Assembly: GCA_963693365.1 (NCBI GenBank)
Contig: CAVNZM010000003.1
Location: 12,249,651 to 12,313,650, forward strand
Source: Amoebidium appalachense
Taxonomy: Eukaryota; Protista; Ichthyosporea
Length of the DNA stretch: 64,000 nucleotides
Direction: 5' to 3'
The notes beneath the pieces are model-generated. The model ran no database searches. It saw nothing but the letters and a program-made list of their open reading frames with translations, and had not been told where the DNA came from. Positions within the stretch are counted from its first letter, which is position 1. Each line of letters opens with the position of its first letter. A program made the position numbers and the translations under genes. Positions 1 to 13,383 of the stretch are shown here, one piece after another.

Positions 1-240
1 ATAAGCAACCCTGCTCGTCTCTGATCAAGACGGGTGACCTACTCATGTTCAAGTGAAACAGTATCTGAGTTGGGTTTCGTTAACGAGGGGAATAGGTCGA
101 AACTCGGGTACTGTGGATGACGTGGGCCCCCCCTGAGGATGGGCTCTGCTTATTATGCATACTCTTTATGTATGGCTTGCATTCTGCATCGTGTTATCCG
201 TTTGTTCTTGTGTACTTCGTACTTTTTGACGCATTCAAAC
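1..240 (+). mobile_element. Copy 1 (divergent, cut by window edge) of a structured-RNA repeat ending GCATTCAAAC + poly-C
   Basis: Shares ATAAGCAACCCTGCTCGTCT, GTCGAAACTC, CCCTGAGGATGGGCTCTGCTTAT and terminal GTACTTCGTAC...GCATTCAAAC with copies at 26382 and 29623. The stems covary between copies. Confidence 0.75.
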
Positions 241-261
241 CCCCCCCCCCCCCCCCCGGGC

Positions 262-309
<48 letters not shown>

Positions 310-474
310 GCGGCCCGGGGCCGCCCGGCAGGGGTTTCAAGGTCCCCTCTGCTCACCTTCTCCCTCCCTCCTCCTGTGGCGATTCCTTACTCGCTCTTAA
401 ACATAAGTACAGCCATTCTCCCACACTCTCGAACACCTACTGGTGCTAATGCTGTACTGATCTCGGTTTGGATA

Positions 475-609
475 GGATCCACGGGAGGCCATTTTGCGCA
501 TGCCAAGGCAGCAGAGGCAAACCCCATGTTCATTGCGCCGGCATACAGCCAGACACAGCCAAAGACCATGCTGGCGGACACGGTGGAGTCGGAGGAGGAG
601 GAAGAGTAG
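475..609 (+). CDS. Probable last exon of an unidentified upstream gene (...KTMLADTVESEEEEE*)
   Basis: TAG acceptor near 474, GC3-rich codons, acidic C-terminal tail ending in TAG at 607-609. No family is recognisable. Confidence 0.45.
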   Translation, partial: GSTGGHFAHAKAAEANPMFIAPAYSQTQPKTMLADTVESEEEEE

Positions 610-1454
610 TATTGCTGTTGTGTTAGTCTATGTGCGAATGAAAGAAAAACGAGTATCTGTTTGAGTAATAAGTTGAGTTTTGGAGAGTATGAATCACGTG
701 TAGAGCTAGCTAAATAGTGTAGAGCATTACTTTGCAGTGGTAGGAACGTGGGTAGTTCAGCGGTGGTGTTATGAACCTGGATACATTCGCGAATGGTTTG
801 CATGTACAACATAAGACTGAATAGAGGTGGCTGCAAGCAGGAAGTGTACTTGCGGTGGCCACTCCTTGACACACCGTGAGAAGTTGAATGCTACTCTGTT
901 GTCTGTGTGCCACTGCCACAGTTATCGCCTGAGTGACGTCGACTCTGAGTGACTTTTTTGCGTGTGCTTGTGCTTTTGCACGCTTCCAAAAGTATGCGTT
1001 TTATCTTGGCAAGCGTACGACAAATGGAAATTAACTTTCGATAGCCTTAAATGGCTATTTGGCATACCGCAGACCTTGTGGTATTCGCACCGCCAAGCGG
1101 TGCTTCAGCTGTGGCACTGTGGCAGGCGTTCTATTTTTGTGTGTCCGAGGTGCGCACTGCGCTGTGAGGCCCGGAAGCGGCATGAAACCTTTGTTAGACC
1201 AGGTTTGCTTGACCTGAATATTAGAACAGTGATAAGAGAACGACTTACAGACAGACGGCGTGCATATGTTGACCCCACACATAGGCGGCAAGTTGCAATG
1301 TACAGACCTCCCCGGGGCTTGAATTCATAAAAGCACACTATACCTTGAGGCATATAATTAGCTGCACATATATCCTTCTCACCCGAGGACGACATTACCA
1401 TTTCATTCGTAGAACACAATACACTAGAAAGCAGACTACCGTAGTTCTTTCACC

Positions 1455-2466
1455 ATGGAGGCGCACGGGGGGCTCAGCCCGTCGCCCATACCGACACCGG
1501 TAACATGTAGCAATGACAGCAGCTACACCAGCAGCCCCTCAAACCCACAGGAGGCAGAGACAAGGCCACTGACCAGAGAGAAGGAGTTTGCCTTCCACGA
1601 TGGCAAGCTGGCAGAGAAGATCATACAGGTAATTTCTTGTGTCCCTGGCCGTGGCAAGGATACCCTCCATTCAGTTGCTGTTTGGGGCATGATGCACTGC
1701 GTGCTTTACTCTCCACGTTGTGCAAGTTGCGTGTCTTGGCTTTGCCATGTGGACCCTCTCGCAGCTCTGTGTATATGATGTCACGGTGCTCTAGGTTCTT
1801 GGTGTGTGCTACGTGTTGTAGCGTCATTGGTTCTTGCCCCACCATGTATTTCTTACTGAGTGCTTTGCAGCAGCAGCAGGGCGGTGCGGACCCCCTTGAT
1901 GTCAACTTCAGCAGTCTTGTGGACCAGCTAAGGAGCTCTATCGGCAAGTCCCCCCGCTACCTGTCCCCGCACGAGATGGCCCTCAGCAGAGAGTGCCGCC
2001 TGCCGGGCGGTGGGCCCACGTCGTTCACCAGCAAGTTCTGGGTGGTGGCACTGCTGCTTGCACTGGCCGTCAACCTACCGTCATACATCCTCTCTGCCCA
2101 GACCGACATATTTAAAATCGCCGAGAGCGGGTGCCTGGACATAGGAGACATAGTGAGCAAGGCGTACCAGCCCGACCCACCCAAGCCGGGCAGTGTGCAG
2201 TATGCAAACACGTCGTGTCTGTTTGCCAGCCAGGCCGTGCAGACCCAGCCAGCTAGTGAGGCTGTGCTTCAGGGGGTAACGGGGTGGTTTGAGAGTCAGG
2301 GGCACAGTGCGGCCTGTATCAACTACACAACAATAGTGGCACTGAGGGGGCCACGGGCTACACAGGACAGTGTTGGGATACAGGTGGGTGTACACAGAAA
2401 TAAGACAGTGGAAGTGGTGGGCTATGGGGTTAGAAGGCCAGTTGTAGAAACATGGTAGGAGCTGGT

Positions 2467-2509
<43 letters not shown>

Positions 2510-2708
2510 TCTGTCACCATTGAACGTGTGTGGTGCGTGCCAATTATCTATCGGGTGCACACGCACACGATCAACCCTGCACGAGAGCACTTCCAAATGC
2601 GCACGCTGAGCTAGATACACTCACACACAAGTACACAGGTACCCACTGTGTGAGCACTCAGGTAGCCAGGTGGTATGTGGTTTACTTGCCCATACTTAGC
2701 ATATATGC

Positions 2709-2775
<67 letters not shown>

Positions 2776-3104
2776 CGCACGCGCGCGCGTGTGCGTGTGT
2801 GTGTGTGTGTGTGTGTTGCGTTATGTTATTCACATATGTCAATGCGCAATGCAAATAAGACGGGCCTCCACAATGCATGCTTGACGTGCACATGGCATGC
2901 AACTGTCGGCGCACATGTACACACGTGCACTCACAACCACGTTCACAAGCATATAAGTTAAACACACCACGCACGTGATATGGCACATCTCGCATTGTCT
3001 GTTTCCATCTTCAAACACTCAAACCCAAGCAGGCCATGGACATGTACAATTGCACATACCTACCCCTCCCCCCCCCCCCCCCCCTCTCCCCCCCCCCCAT
3101 TCCC

Positions 3105-3153
<49 letters not shown>

Positions 3154-4703
3154 CACACACCAAAAAAAAAAAGAAAGGAAAGAAAGGAAAGATGGTAAGG
3201 GAGTACAACGCGAGGACAAAACCTCTGCAAAAGCAGCATTTGGCTGGTTCACCATGCCCGGTTTCTTGTCCCACACCCCACACCCTGCGTCACAAGCATG
3301 CACTGCTCCCGTACACCCACCACACCACCCCATGCATCCTATTAACCCACCACACCGCCACATGCACCATAATAACCTATTATATCCTCCAATCAGGCCC
3401 AACCGCCCTTCTTCCAGTGCTTAGGCCTGGCCCACGCCACCGAGCAGCAGGTGGCCCGGCACTACTACGACACGGTGGTGCGGGACACAGATGCGGAGCA
3501 CCGTGTTCTAGTCTACTACGGCGTGGCCTGGGGCCTGAGTGTGCTTGTGTACCTGGTGGTGGCCTGGGGGGCTTATCTCAACCGCAGGCACACGGTCATG
3601 GCCGCCCGGGGTTCGGCTTTCCTGCGCATGCTGGCCCTGACATCCACATCAACACTTCTCTCTGCTGGGTTTCTAACCCTGTCGCGCCTCGGGCTGATCA
3701 CCGGGGACGACCTTTTTTATGTTTTGACTGCCCGGGGCCCTCTTGCTGTCTACTATGGGGCCGTGCTGTGGGCCTCTCTTTCACTGGTGCTGCTCTACGG
3801 CACGGTGCTGTGCCAACAGAGGGCACTGCTTGGGTTCCACCTACGAAAGCTGTACACGGGCAGGGTGGCCGAGTTTTTGTCACCCCTGCTTGTGGGCTGT
3901 GTGGTGCTGTGGGTGCTGATGGTCATGATCCCTCAGGCTGTGGCACTATGGCACCCCATGGTAAGAAATGTTTTATTGATGGGTGCGGGTGGCTTGTGTG
4001 TTGTGTGGAGGGATGTGGCGTGGCGTTGGTGTGGGCTGGAACGGATGGATTGGAGAGATGAGACGGAGGGAGGAGAAGAAGGGAGGGGGGGGGGGGGGGG
4101 GGGGGGGGAGGAGGGGTCAGGCAGCCTGGTTATGGCAGCATGCTACTAGTGTGGTGTTCAAAGTCTACACTGGTTCACAGCGTGTGCATTTGTTCATAGC
4201 CACCCAATTCATCCACTGTTTTAGGTGTGGAATCTCCTTATCTTTGCAGGACCAGTGTTACACCTATCTAGTGCTACACCTATCTAGTGCTACACCTATC
4301 TAGTCACCGCTTGCTACACCTATCTAGTGCTACACCTATCTAGTGCTACACCTATCTAGTGCTACACCTATCTAGTGCTACACCTATCTAGTGCTACACC
4401 TATCTAGTGCTACACCTATCTAGTGCTACACCTGTCTAGTGCTACACCTATCTAGTGCTACACCTATCTAGTGCTACACCTATCTAGTGCTACACCTATC
4501 TAGTGCTACACCTATCCACAATCACGCCAATACCACCCCCAACACAATGGCCATCACCACCCAAAACTAGCCACTAACCCGCACATGTGCAGAGTGATAT
4601 CCTGCCAGCCAGTGTGCTTGCCCTGTGCCTGGGCCTGGGCATGGCATCTGTCTTCTTCTACTTGGTGTGGCAGCTGAGGGCCACCATGAGCCTGTACACG
4701 GAC

Positions 4704-4740
<37 letters not shown>

Positions 4741-5245
4741 TGTGTGTCTGTGTGTCCGTGTTGATATTTACACAGAGAAGTGTTCGTGTGCGCATTTGTT
4801 GGTTGGTGTTGACAACCTCTGAGCTCTGTGTGTCCGTGATTATGTGTGGGTTGGTGTGTACGCAAACATGTGTGTGCACATGCTTGAGACGTCATTTTAC
4901 TGTATGATGCCACCCTCTTTGGTGGATGCATGGTTGATGGCCTCCCCCCTCCCCCCTCTGTCCTCTGTACGAACCATGATGGACACTGTGTGTACCCTCT
5001 ATTCCAACAGCGGTTTATTGTGAGCTCCAATTTGTTGTGTTATGTTCGGTTTACTGCATGACCAGTTGGTTCTCCTGTGGCACTCGCTTGTGATGCCGCA
5101 CGACCTACTAACCATGTGTGTGCTCAGGGAGCGTTTAGTGTTTTTTGTTGGGTTTTTTTTGCCGTGGGGGGGGGGGGGGGGTAAGTGTCTGCCCGATTTG
5201 GCATGAAGATTTGCATGTACCCATATCCCCCCTTCCCAACCCCAG

Positions 5246-5295
<50 letters not shown>

Positions 5296-5731
5296 CCCGC
5301 CCCCCTCCCTTCTTCCCTTGACCCACCCACCCACTACCACCACCACCACCACCACCACCACCCCCATGTACACTGACACGTGCTCACAGCTACCAGAACG
5401 TTCGGTTGGTGCTGCTGACACTGCCCGTGGCTGTGGCGGTGTTTGTGCTGGCCATGGAGGACGAGTACTCGTGTAGGTGCCCATGCAGTTCCATGCACAA
5501 TGCTCGTGCAATGCTCGTGTCATCAAGGGTGCGCACAGGTTTGCACGTGGCACACATGTACTTCAGTGCATGACAAAAAACACGCATGTAAAGAGAAGCG
5601 CCCACACCACCACCGTTCACACTTCTACCTACAGCTAAACCACCCCCTGGCCTTCAAGTAGTGCACTCACATAGTGTCTGTTGTTTCAACGTGCATCGGC
5701 ATGGATATGGCTGTATTTGTGTGCTGAGGGT

Positions 5732-5762
<31 letters not shown>

Positions 5763-6516
5763 GGGGGGGGGCAATCATTTTTACTCACAGGAGAGTGACA
5801 CACCCATGCTTTCCAAATCTTTCTCAACCTTGACACTCTCTTGGGTCCTTGGTCTCGTCTCTGCTTTCGTGCATGTGACTGTCCCACCGCACGTGGGTGG
5901 TTGCTTTCTTTGCCTGCATGTGTGCTGTGTGCCTGCTATGTGAATGCCCTCCCTCCTTCCTCTTGCCTCCCCCCCCCCCTCCCCCCCCCCCCCCCCCCCC
6001 CCCTACTCTCCCACCCTTCTCCACCACCGCACCTCACTGCCACCATTGGGCCCCTCCTCCTATCTGATAAACTTGCCATGCATTTGGGGTAGTTGGCTGT
6101 AATTGCATCCGTGCCAATAATAACGTGCACGGAAACGTGGTCTCATGCATCCATCGGCATAGCATGTACTAACAGCACCTGCACACACACAACCACACAC
6201 GCACACACACACTCACTCACTCATTCACTCAGTCACGTGTACACACAACCACACACACACACACGTACACGTACACACGTACACACACACAGCCTGGGTG
6301 TTCTTTGCACTACCCTACGGCATGCAGTGCTCCGTGCTCTTCTACAACCTGGACGTGCTTTTGGGCCGATTACTTTGGGTGGCCATCAAGGGCCCAGCCC
6401 ACCCCACAGGCCCACGCACCTTCAGCCAGACACTTAGTGGGGGCCCCAGTGTTGGCCGGGCATCCATGGCCATGCACCAGGACCCAAGGATCATGTTCGA
6501 TATCATGGTGCTGTAG
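1455..6516 (+). CDS. Multi-pass membrane protein, 7TM/GPCR-like (6 exons: 1455-1628, 1871-2383, 3397-3960, 4593-4705, 5390-5472, 6293-6516)
   Basis: Phase-compatible GT-AG exons. An N-terminal hydrophobic helix and Cys-containing region precede several TM helices. YLNRRHTVMAARGS after the first TM of the bundle resembles the first intracellular loop of class C/GprK-type receptors (inference). Confidence 0.7.
4257..4516. repeat. 16-bp minisatellite (GTGCTACACCTATCTA)n, about 15 near-perfect units, intronic
   Basis: Directly visible tandem array with one interruption near 4305. Confidence 0.95.
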
Positions 6517-6917
6517 GGGGGGGGGGGGGGGGGGGTCTAGCGTTGAAGGGGGAGAGGGGTGTGTGGGGAGAAAGGGAGTGGAGGGAGGGGGGGGGGGGGG
6601 GGGGGGGGGGGGTAGATGCATATCACGATGCCCAAGCCTTGGTGCATGTATCATAGACGGGTTAAGGGTGGTTGGTGCATAAGTTTATTAACGTAGGTGG
6701 CTAGGAGTGATATGAATGGCTGGCAGTGCAGTAGGCAGTGAGTGTGCGGAGATATTGGGTTAAGTGATGGTAGGCTAGGGGTGACCAACAATGTGTTAGG
6801 AGTGGCGAGACACACGGGTTGCAATTATCATACGGTACACACATGCAGGGATACCTTCACTTGTGAACGCTGTGCACAAATATTGACAAATTCACACACA
6901 CACACACACACACGTGT

Positions 6918-6960
<43 letters not shown>

Positions 6961-7625
6961 GACCACAAACATATGGACACTGTAGTGGCCATGACCACAC
7001 ACACCGTCCTATGGCTGTGAAATTCAGACACCCATTGTCTGTACACACACGAATGCACGCTTATGTGTAGGACAAATTCTTGTCATGTACCAGTATTTAC
7101 AATGTGGGGCCCAGTAGATAGATATAAATATATCTATTAGTAAGTTGACCTCCACATGATCTCTGTGTCAGAGTGGATGCGGTGGGCATTGAATAGCTGT
7201 GCTGAGGGCCATGTGTATAATGATTGTCGTGATGTGTGGAATCAGAACAACGGGAGAATAAACGATCGATCGGAGTCTTAGACTGATTGGAAGCTTGCTT
7301 CGGGACCGGGGCGGCCGTACTGTCAGCATCACTAAAAATACAGAAAAGCTCGCTGCCAGCCGGGTCATGTGCATTTTGGGAATATAGCAATTGCACTGCG
7401 GCATGCTGAGAGTGTCTAACCCAGAGCCATGATTACGAGCTTGCAGGCCTTTGCATTCATTGCTTCGCCACGGCCGTGGTACGGCGTGCACACATCGCCA
7501 ACTCCCTTCACACACACAGCCATGGTACACAGTGTCTGACACACAGTTACTCCGAGACATGTACAATATGCCAGTTGGTACAGCGTGCAAACGCGCCCAC
7601 ACACACACACTGTACACACACACGT

Positions 7626-7666
<41 letters not shown>

Positions 7667-7677
7667 ACTCACTCACT

Positions 7678-7708
<31 letters not shown>

Positions 7709-8384
7709 ACACACGTGCACGTACACACAGGTACACACACGTACACACAAACACACACATGCATGCACATACGTATGTGATCGATACAGTCATCATGCAC
7801 TTGAAGCCAGTACTGACTAGTACTGGTACTGGCACACAACTTTAAGGCACCGTGACAGTTACTCAATTGGGACCCGGAACTTTCAAATTGGAAAATTGCA
7901 CCGTGAACCTCCGGATCCTGGAGGGAAGAAGGCGGCGGGGCGGGTACACACTGTGGGACTTCAAGTTGGGGGAAGAACTGAGAGAGGAAGTTGTGCGAGG
8001 GGGAGTGCCCTCCGGGGCTCGAGGTCACGGGCCCCGGGGACCGTTCAATTATTTACTGCATGCGCCCCAACGCTGCACCGTGCATGCATGACTGCACAGT
8101 CATGCTTATGTGTGTGTTGTACGCGTGCCGGAGGGCCTGGCTAGCTAATATACCAGTGTAAGCTGTGAGTTGCAGGTTCAGAGATCTAGTAGTGAATGAA
8201 CCCAGGATATAAGCACAAGCCTCCTGCAAACGAAAAAGGATTAAACCCCAATCGGAGTCAATCCCGTGAACTTTGCTGTCAGCTAGAGCGAAAAAGTCTG
8301 GCAACCCGCGCGCAGCCAAACCAAAAAATGCAGCCTGGCCCTGAATCAGCATACAACCCTAGTTTTAAAAATACACAGTTGACG

Positions 8385-8620
8385 GGCCCAACCACATCGG
8401 CTGAGTCAATCTGAAAGAGAATTATTCTGCAAAAAGCAGGATTATTCTGCAAAAAGCAGAATTGTTTTGCAAAAACTCAGGATTATTAATGCAAACAGCA
8501 GAATTATTCTGATTTCAAACCAGAATTATTCTCCTGTCGATAGCAAAATAATTCTGCTTTTGACAATGCAGCAGAAGAAATCTGCTTTGTGCCAGTTAAC
8601 TCGGTCGATGTGGTTGGGCC
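8385..8620. mobile_element. MITE-like element with ~28-bp imperfect terminal inverted repeats
   Basis: Left end GGCCCAACCACATCGGCTGAGTCAA versus right-end reverse complement GGCCCAACCACATCGACCGAGTTAA. Internal repeats of AGAATTATTCTGCAAAAAGC. Target-site duplication unclear. Confidence 0.7.
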
Positions 8621-10405
8621 TTATTTGACCATAAGCAGACTATAACCTCCTATATTTGAGCAGATGCTATAAAAAAAAACTTTTTAATAATAAAAAATAA
8701 AAAGACATGTGAAAATGGTAAAGCAGAAATATCGATATCCTGCGCATGCGGCAGCCGCCGGGCTGAGGGCAGCCTGGCAGTGTAGTAAAGTCTAACTCAC
8801 CAAGAAAGTAGAAAGATTCCGCTTTCTTTTTTTTTTAGTTTAGCATATCACTCTCAGGACTCGGAGCCTGATAATTATTCACGTGAACCAGAATCATTTG
8901 GCAACATTTTTAAATAACTTACTGCAAATTTTGCAATTTGAAATAGCGGCTGAATTTGAAGCGGCTGAGCAGAATGCTTCTGCGCATGTGATCCGGCCCT
9001 GACTCATTCGCTACCCGCAAAACGACTGATTCGCATGCAGGGTTGTCGTGCAGGCCGCTGACAAGCATTGCGAGCCATAGCGCCATATTATTTAAAGGCT
9101 GGCACATGCATGCAGTAAGATATTGGGGGGGGGGGGGGGGGGGGGGGGAGGGGGGGAGCGGAGGGGGGAGGGAGGGGGGGGGGGAAGGGGAGGGGAGGGG
9201 GAGTGGTGCATGTGCCGGTGTATCTGTGTATCTGTGTGTGTTGGGGGGGGATGGGGGGGTGGGGATGGGAGGGGGAGTGGTGCGTGTGCCAGTGTATCTG
9301 TGTGTGTGGGGGGGGGGGGGGGGGGGGGGGGGGGGAGGGGGGGAATGCGGTGGTTTTTTTGTTGTGTTGCGGCCTCGCCTAGGGAGGGAGTGAGGGAGGG
9401 AGTGGAAGGGGGGGGGGGGGGGGGGGGGGGGGGAGGGTACGTGGGGGCTGGTAGAGGGAGTGCAATCGAGTACCGCTGGTCCCACATGATCATACCTGAG
9501 TGTGGCGAGGCTGCAACGGTTGCTACTATGTGCCACCCACGCAACCCAGTTAGGAGCTATGTATGCCGTCAATGTATACCGGCATGCTGCTGATATCTGC
9601 ACTGGCGTTCAAAGTGTGCAAACACAAGCACCATAACCACCCCCAGCCCAGGTAACGGTTGCATTTCCATAGTCCATTAATATGGTCCATTGGACGAAAC
9701 ATATCCATCCACCAATGTGTCATTGCAATGTCGCATGCATGATATATGTTCATTCATAGACCACCACCGTGCCCTGCGCGGCTGTGGCCCAAATGTGTGG
9801 CAGGGCCGGCCTGCCCCACGGCTACATACTCAAATGGCTACCGTGCATGCTCCGCACCGGCACCAAAACCAGCACAAAACATCATGGCACAATGTTCTCT
9901 AAGTGATGGTGTGTAAATCTCCCTGCCATAATAGTAATACAATATTAATAATGATAACATTATCATTAGTAATGTTAATAATAATAATAACCGTTGGCAT
10001 ACCTGTGATCGATAACCCTCCTTTTCCGGGTGTTTATAACTTTCTCAGCCATACAACAACACCAGGTAACTTCTTGCATGCCATGATCATAATCAACAAA
10101 CAAAACAATTGAAAATCCCCTTAGAAAAGCTATAAAAAAAAAACCTGCTGCAGCTAACGCTTCCGTTAACTGCATAAATTCTGGCCCCTGCAGGCGCCTG
10201 CTCAAATACAATACACGGCACGGTCGCACTTAGGTTCACCAGACATATCATTCGTCATCATGATGCACACAGCCTCTACATACTCGGTCTCTCTCTATCT
10301 CACCCCATCCTGGGACCCAACACCGCACCTACCACAACCTCTAACTCCGTTCATTCATTCATCCCCCCCCCCCTCCCCCCTCCCTCCCTTCCCCCCCCCC
10401 CCTTT

Positions 10406-11513
10406 TTATGGCCCCTGGCTACCCCCCGGCTGTCCGTGCTCTGAGTATACAAATGCCATAGTGGGTAGGCCTGTCTGTGCGGCCTTCACCACCACCCTAG
10501 CCCCCTTGTCTTCCACCTTCGTCTTCTGCGTCTGTCCGGGGGGTAGCATAGTCACGCTTGTGTTGTGGTCGATGTCCACGTCAGCAAGGGGCATAACCGC
10601 TGCCGGTGTCATGCTGCCCGTGCCCGTGCTGTCTGTGCACCTGCCACGGAGGTATCTCCAAGCCGTGGGCCCAGTGAATGCTATACAGTTGAGTAGGCCC
10701 TGCAAAGGAGACATGATACCGTGTAGAAGCGCAAGCACAAACACACTGTCCCCGGTCACCGTCTGCAATACCCTGTTTGCCGTGCCTGGCAGCCAGCACA
10801 CCACGAAGATAAGACCAAACGAGCACACCTGAAGGAGCACGGCCTGACTGGCCCCGCCTATCCTCACGCCCCCCAGGCTGTATGTGTGTGTGACCTTGTG
10901 CAGTAACATGGTGGTGATGGTGAAGATGTAGGCCAAGAGCAGCCACAAGGGAGCACTGGTTAGCGCGTATCTCAGCGCCACGTACTGGGGCAGTATGTAG
11001 CACCAGGGCAGGGTGGGTCCCAGCACCCCAGCACACAGGCAGCCCACGGCCGTCAGCACGGGGAACCCCCAGCACACCACATGGTAGAGGGGCACAAGAC
11101 TGGCTGCACGCTCCTCGGGCCACAGCAGCACCACACCAACAAAGCTGTGCGTCACCAGGGCTGCTACCCAGAAGCCCCCTGCAATGGCATACTGTGCCAG
11201 CGCACCCTGTGTGGAAGGACAGTCAGATGTGATGTTTGCAGGTGGTGACAGGGCACAGTGGAAGCGAGCAGGTGCAAAGGTGGGAATGCTTGGAGCGATG
11301 GCTATGATTAATTAAAGAACCTCGCGACAAGAAGCGGAAACATCTGATAATCATTAAAGAAAACCTCAATAGGACGAGGCGGCAGGGTAGGCGCAGGCAA
11401 AGGGAGGAAAATCAATAGTATGACTACATAAGGCAGGCAACCATCAGGCAGGCTAAAGGTTTTGAAAAAATAGTCGGTTGGACCAGGCAAAACGAAAGGT
11501 TAACTTGAGGCAG

Positions 11514-11547
<34 letters not shown>

Positions 11548-12571
11548 AATCGATTGGGGGCTCGAAGGTGAAAAAGAACAAAATCAAAAAGACAACGATC
11601 GGGTGGCAACAAAGGCAGGCAGAAAGAATCCGTCCATCAATTGAATGAAGCAGGAAAAAAAACGAAAAAACAAATGGACTGACTGAGCAGGCAAACGGAA
11701 AAGCATTATCTGACAACGAGGAAAAGACACCCCTGAGTTTCAGCTTCTAAGAGGGAGCCACACAGCGGATGACTGACTGGCAAAGCGGACACAATCGTGT
11801 ATAGAAGGAAGGTCAGATGAAAAGTTGCACTGACAGGCCGCAAAAAAAAGTCGGGAAAAAAGGGAAGGAAAAGTCCAACCAAAGAATTTTGCCTATTGGA
11901 AAAAAAAAAAAAAAAAAAAAAAAACCAAAGGGGGGGGGGGGGGGGGGGTTAGCTTGATACAGGTCCAAAAAAAACCACCGCACATTCTTTTCAAAAAGCC
12001 TTTTCACAGAGACAAAGAAGAACGCAGTCCCGGGGATAGATGCAACGTGCAACTGGAACACGTTGGACGTCAAGACGTTAACAAGTGCAGCCTCGTCAGC
12101 ACAAACACGTCTGTGTGACACTACCTTGCGGGCTTGTGGTGCCAGTGATCTGTTGAACTACGGCTGTCAAGCGAATGGAGATACCTGGCCATCAAGCAAG
12201 CAATACTAGCTGTGAGCATACTATGACAGAGCAGCACATAAGGCCAGCGGGCCGTGACCAAAAAACTGAATGCAGGTTTCGACATCTGTTTCGACACGTG
12301 AGATGGCAAGTCACACCTGTATCTGGCATAACACGGAATGCGTGAGGCCCCAAGGGCCCAGGAAGGTGACGAAGAAGGTGGGTATCTCGGCCACGGCCAG
12401 CCAAACGACCAGCTGGTGCCGTAGCGTGCGCCTGTGCCTGCGCACGGAGAAGAAGAAGCACACGACAAACAGAGAACCAAGCAGGCCAAGAACCGAGCAC
12501 ACACGCGTGGCCAAAAACACCACCTGCTGCTGTTCGCTGCTGAGTCCCATCATCGAAACTGGAATACTCAT
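10406..12571 (-). CDS. cAMP-receptor-like (CAR/GCR1/Git3-type) G protein-coupled receptor, 2 exons (12571-12317, 11206-10406)
   Basis: Seven hydrophobic segments and hallmark motifs: SVLGLLGS (TM1), LCQIQG across the splice junction, YHVVCWGFP, WCYI, FVVCWLPGTANR, PLQGLLNCIAF. Confidence 0.88.
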
Positions 12572-13383
12572 GATACAGAAGGGCCGGGTCAAACCGTGGG
12601 CCACATCATGGTCAGACTGAGGTCAAAATTTATAGTGATGGCGAGTTTCTGCACTGCCACCTGACTCAGTGCTTTTATGATGAGTTTTTCGTTATGTTTA
12701 TCCTGCTAGCGTTTCCGTTTAGATTAGTCGACACTACTGCTGGAGTCTCGGAATTACGGTAAAGAAGAACCAAATAATCGTGGACGTAAATTGTGACCGC
12801 TGTGTTGCTTTAGTTTTCTGCAAAGGACTGCTCAGGCTGTTTTGTGTTCCTACCTTCAGTTCTACGCACAGTTTGACGCCTTGCCTGAGTCCGCACAGTA
12901 AAAAAATTAAAACCGCGGGCCGCGGCAGTGATGCCGCGGAACAGCCTGGGTGCGTGAGCAGGGAGTTTGTGGTGATTACACGATATCCGTAAGGTCCCCC
13001 GAGACCAACCGCACATCCCATGTCGCAGAGGTTTGAATTTCATCCAGCCTTTCTTTAGTGCAATATCGCTTCATTGATTCACACATTAGACCTCACAAAA
13101 TGGTTATATATCACATATCTCTGATTTAGAATATAGCAAACTACAACATATGCTTTAACGGTTATAAATTCAGTGTTTTCGTGAATCACTCGGAATCGCA
13201 GATTGCACATTCTTTCGATCATCACCGCGAGCGTGAGCGCGAGGCAGGCAACGTTTAACATACATACTCGTGCATGGGTGTAAGGGTATGTAAATCTATC
13301 TCAAAAAAAAGCCTATCTTTCTTTTAGATTTTTCCCAATCTTTCCCAAAATCGACCTAACTTTCCTAGATCCTTTCCCGGAAA

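Noticed and set aside
1-240. Fanzor/TnpB omega-RNA (ends in TTCAA)
   Set aside because: No RuvC ORF in the window; 5' truncation and TSD-like flanks fit a retroelement better. Not fully excluded.
11308-11960. A-rich, jumbled segment in the GPCR intron
   Set aside because: No ORF, repeats or termini; looks like low-complexity or low-quality consensus sequence.
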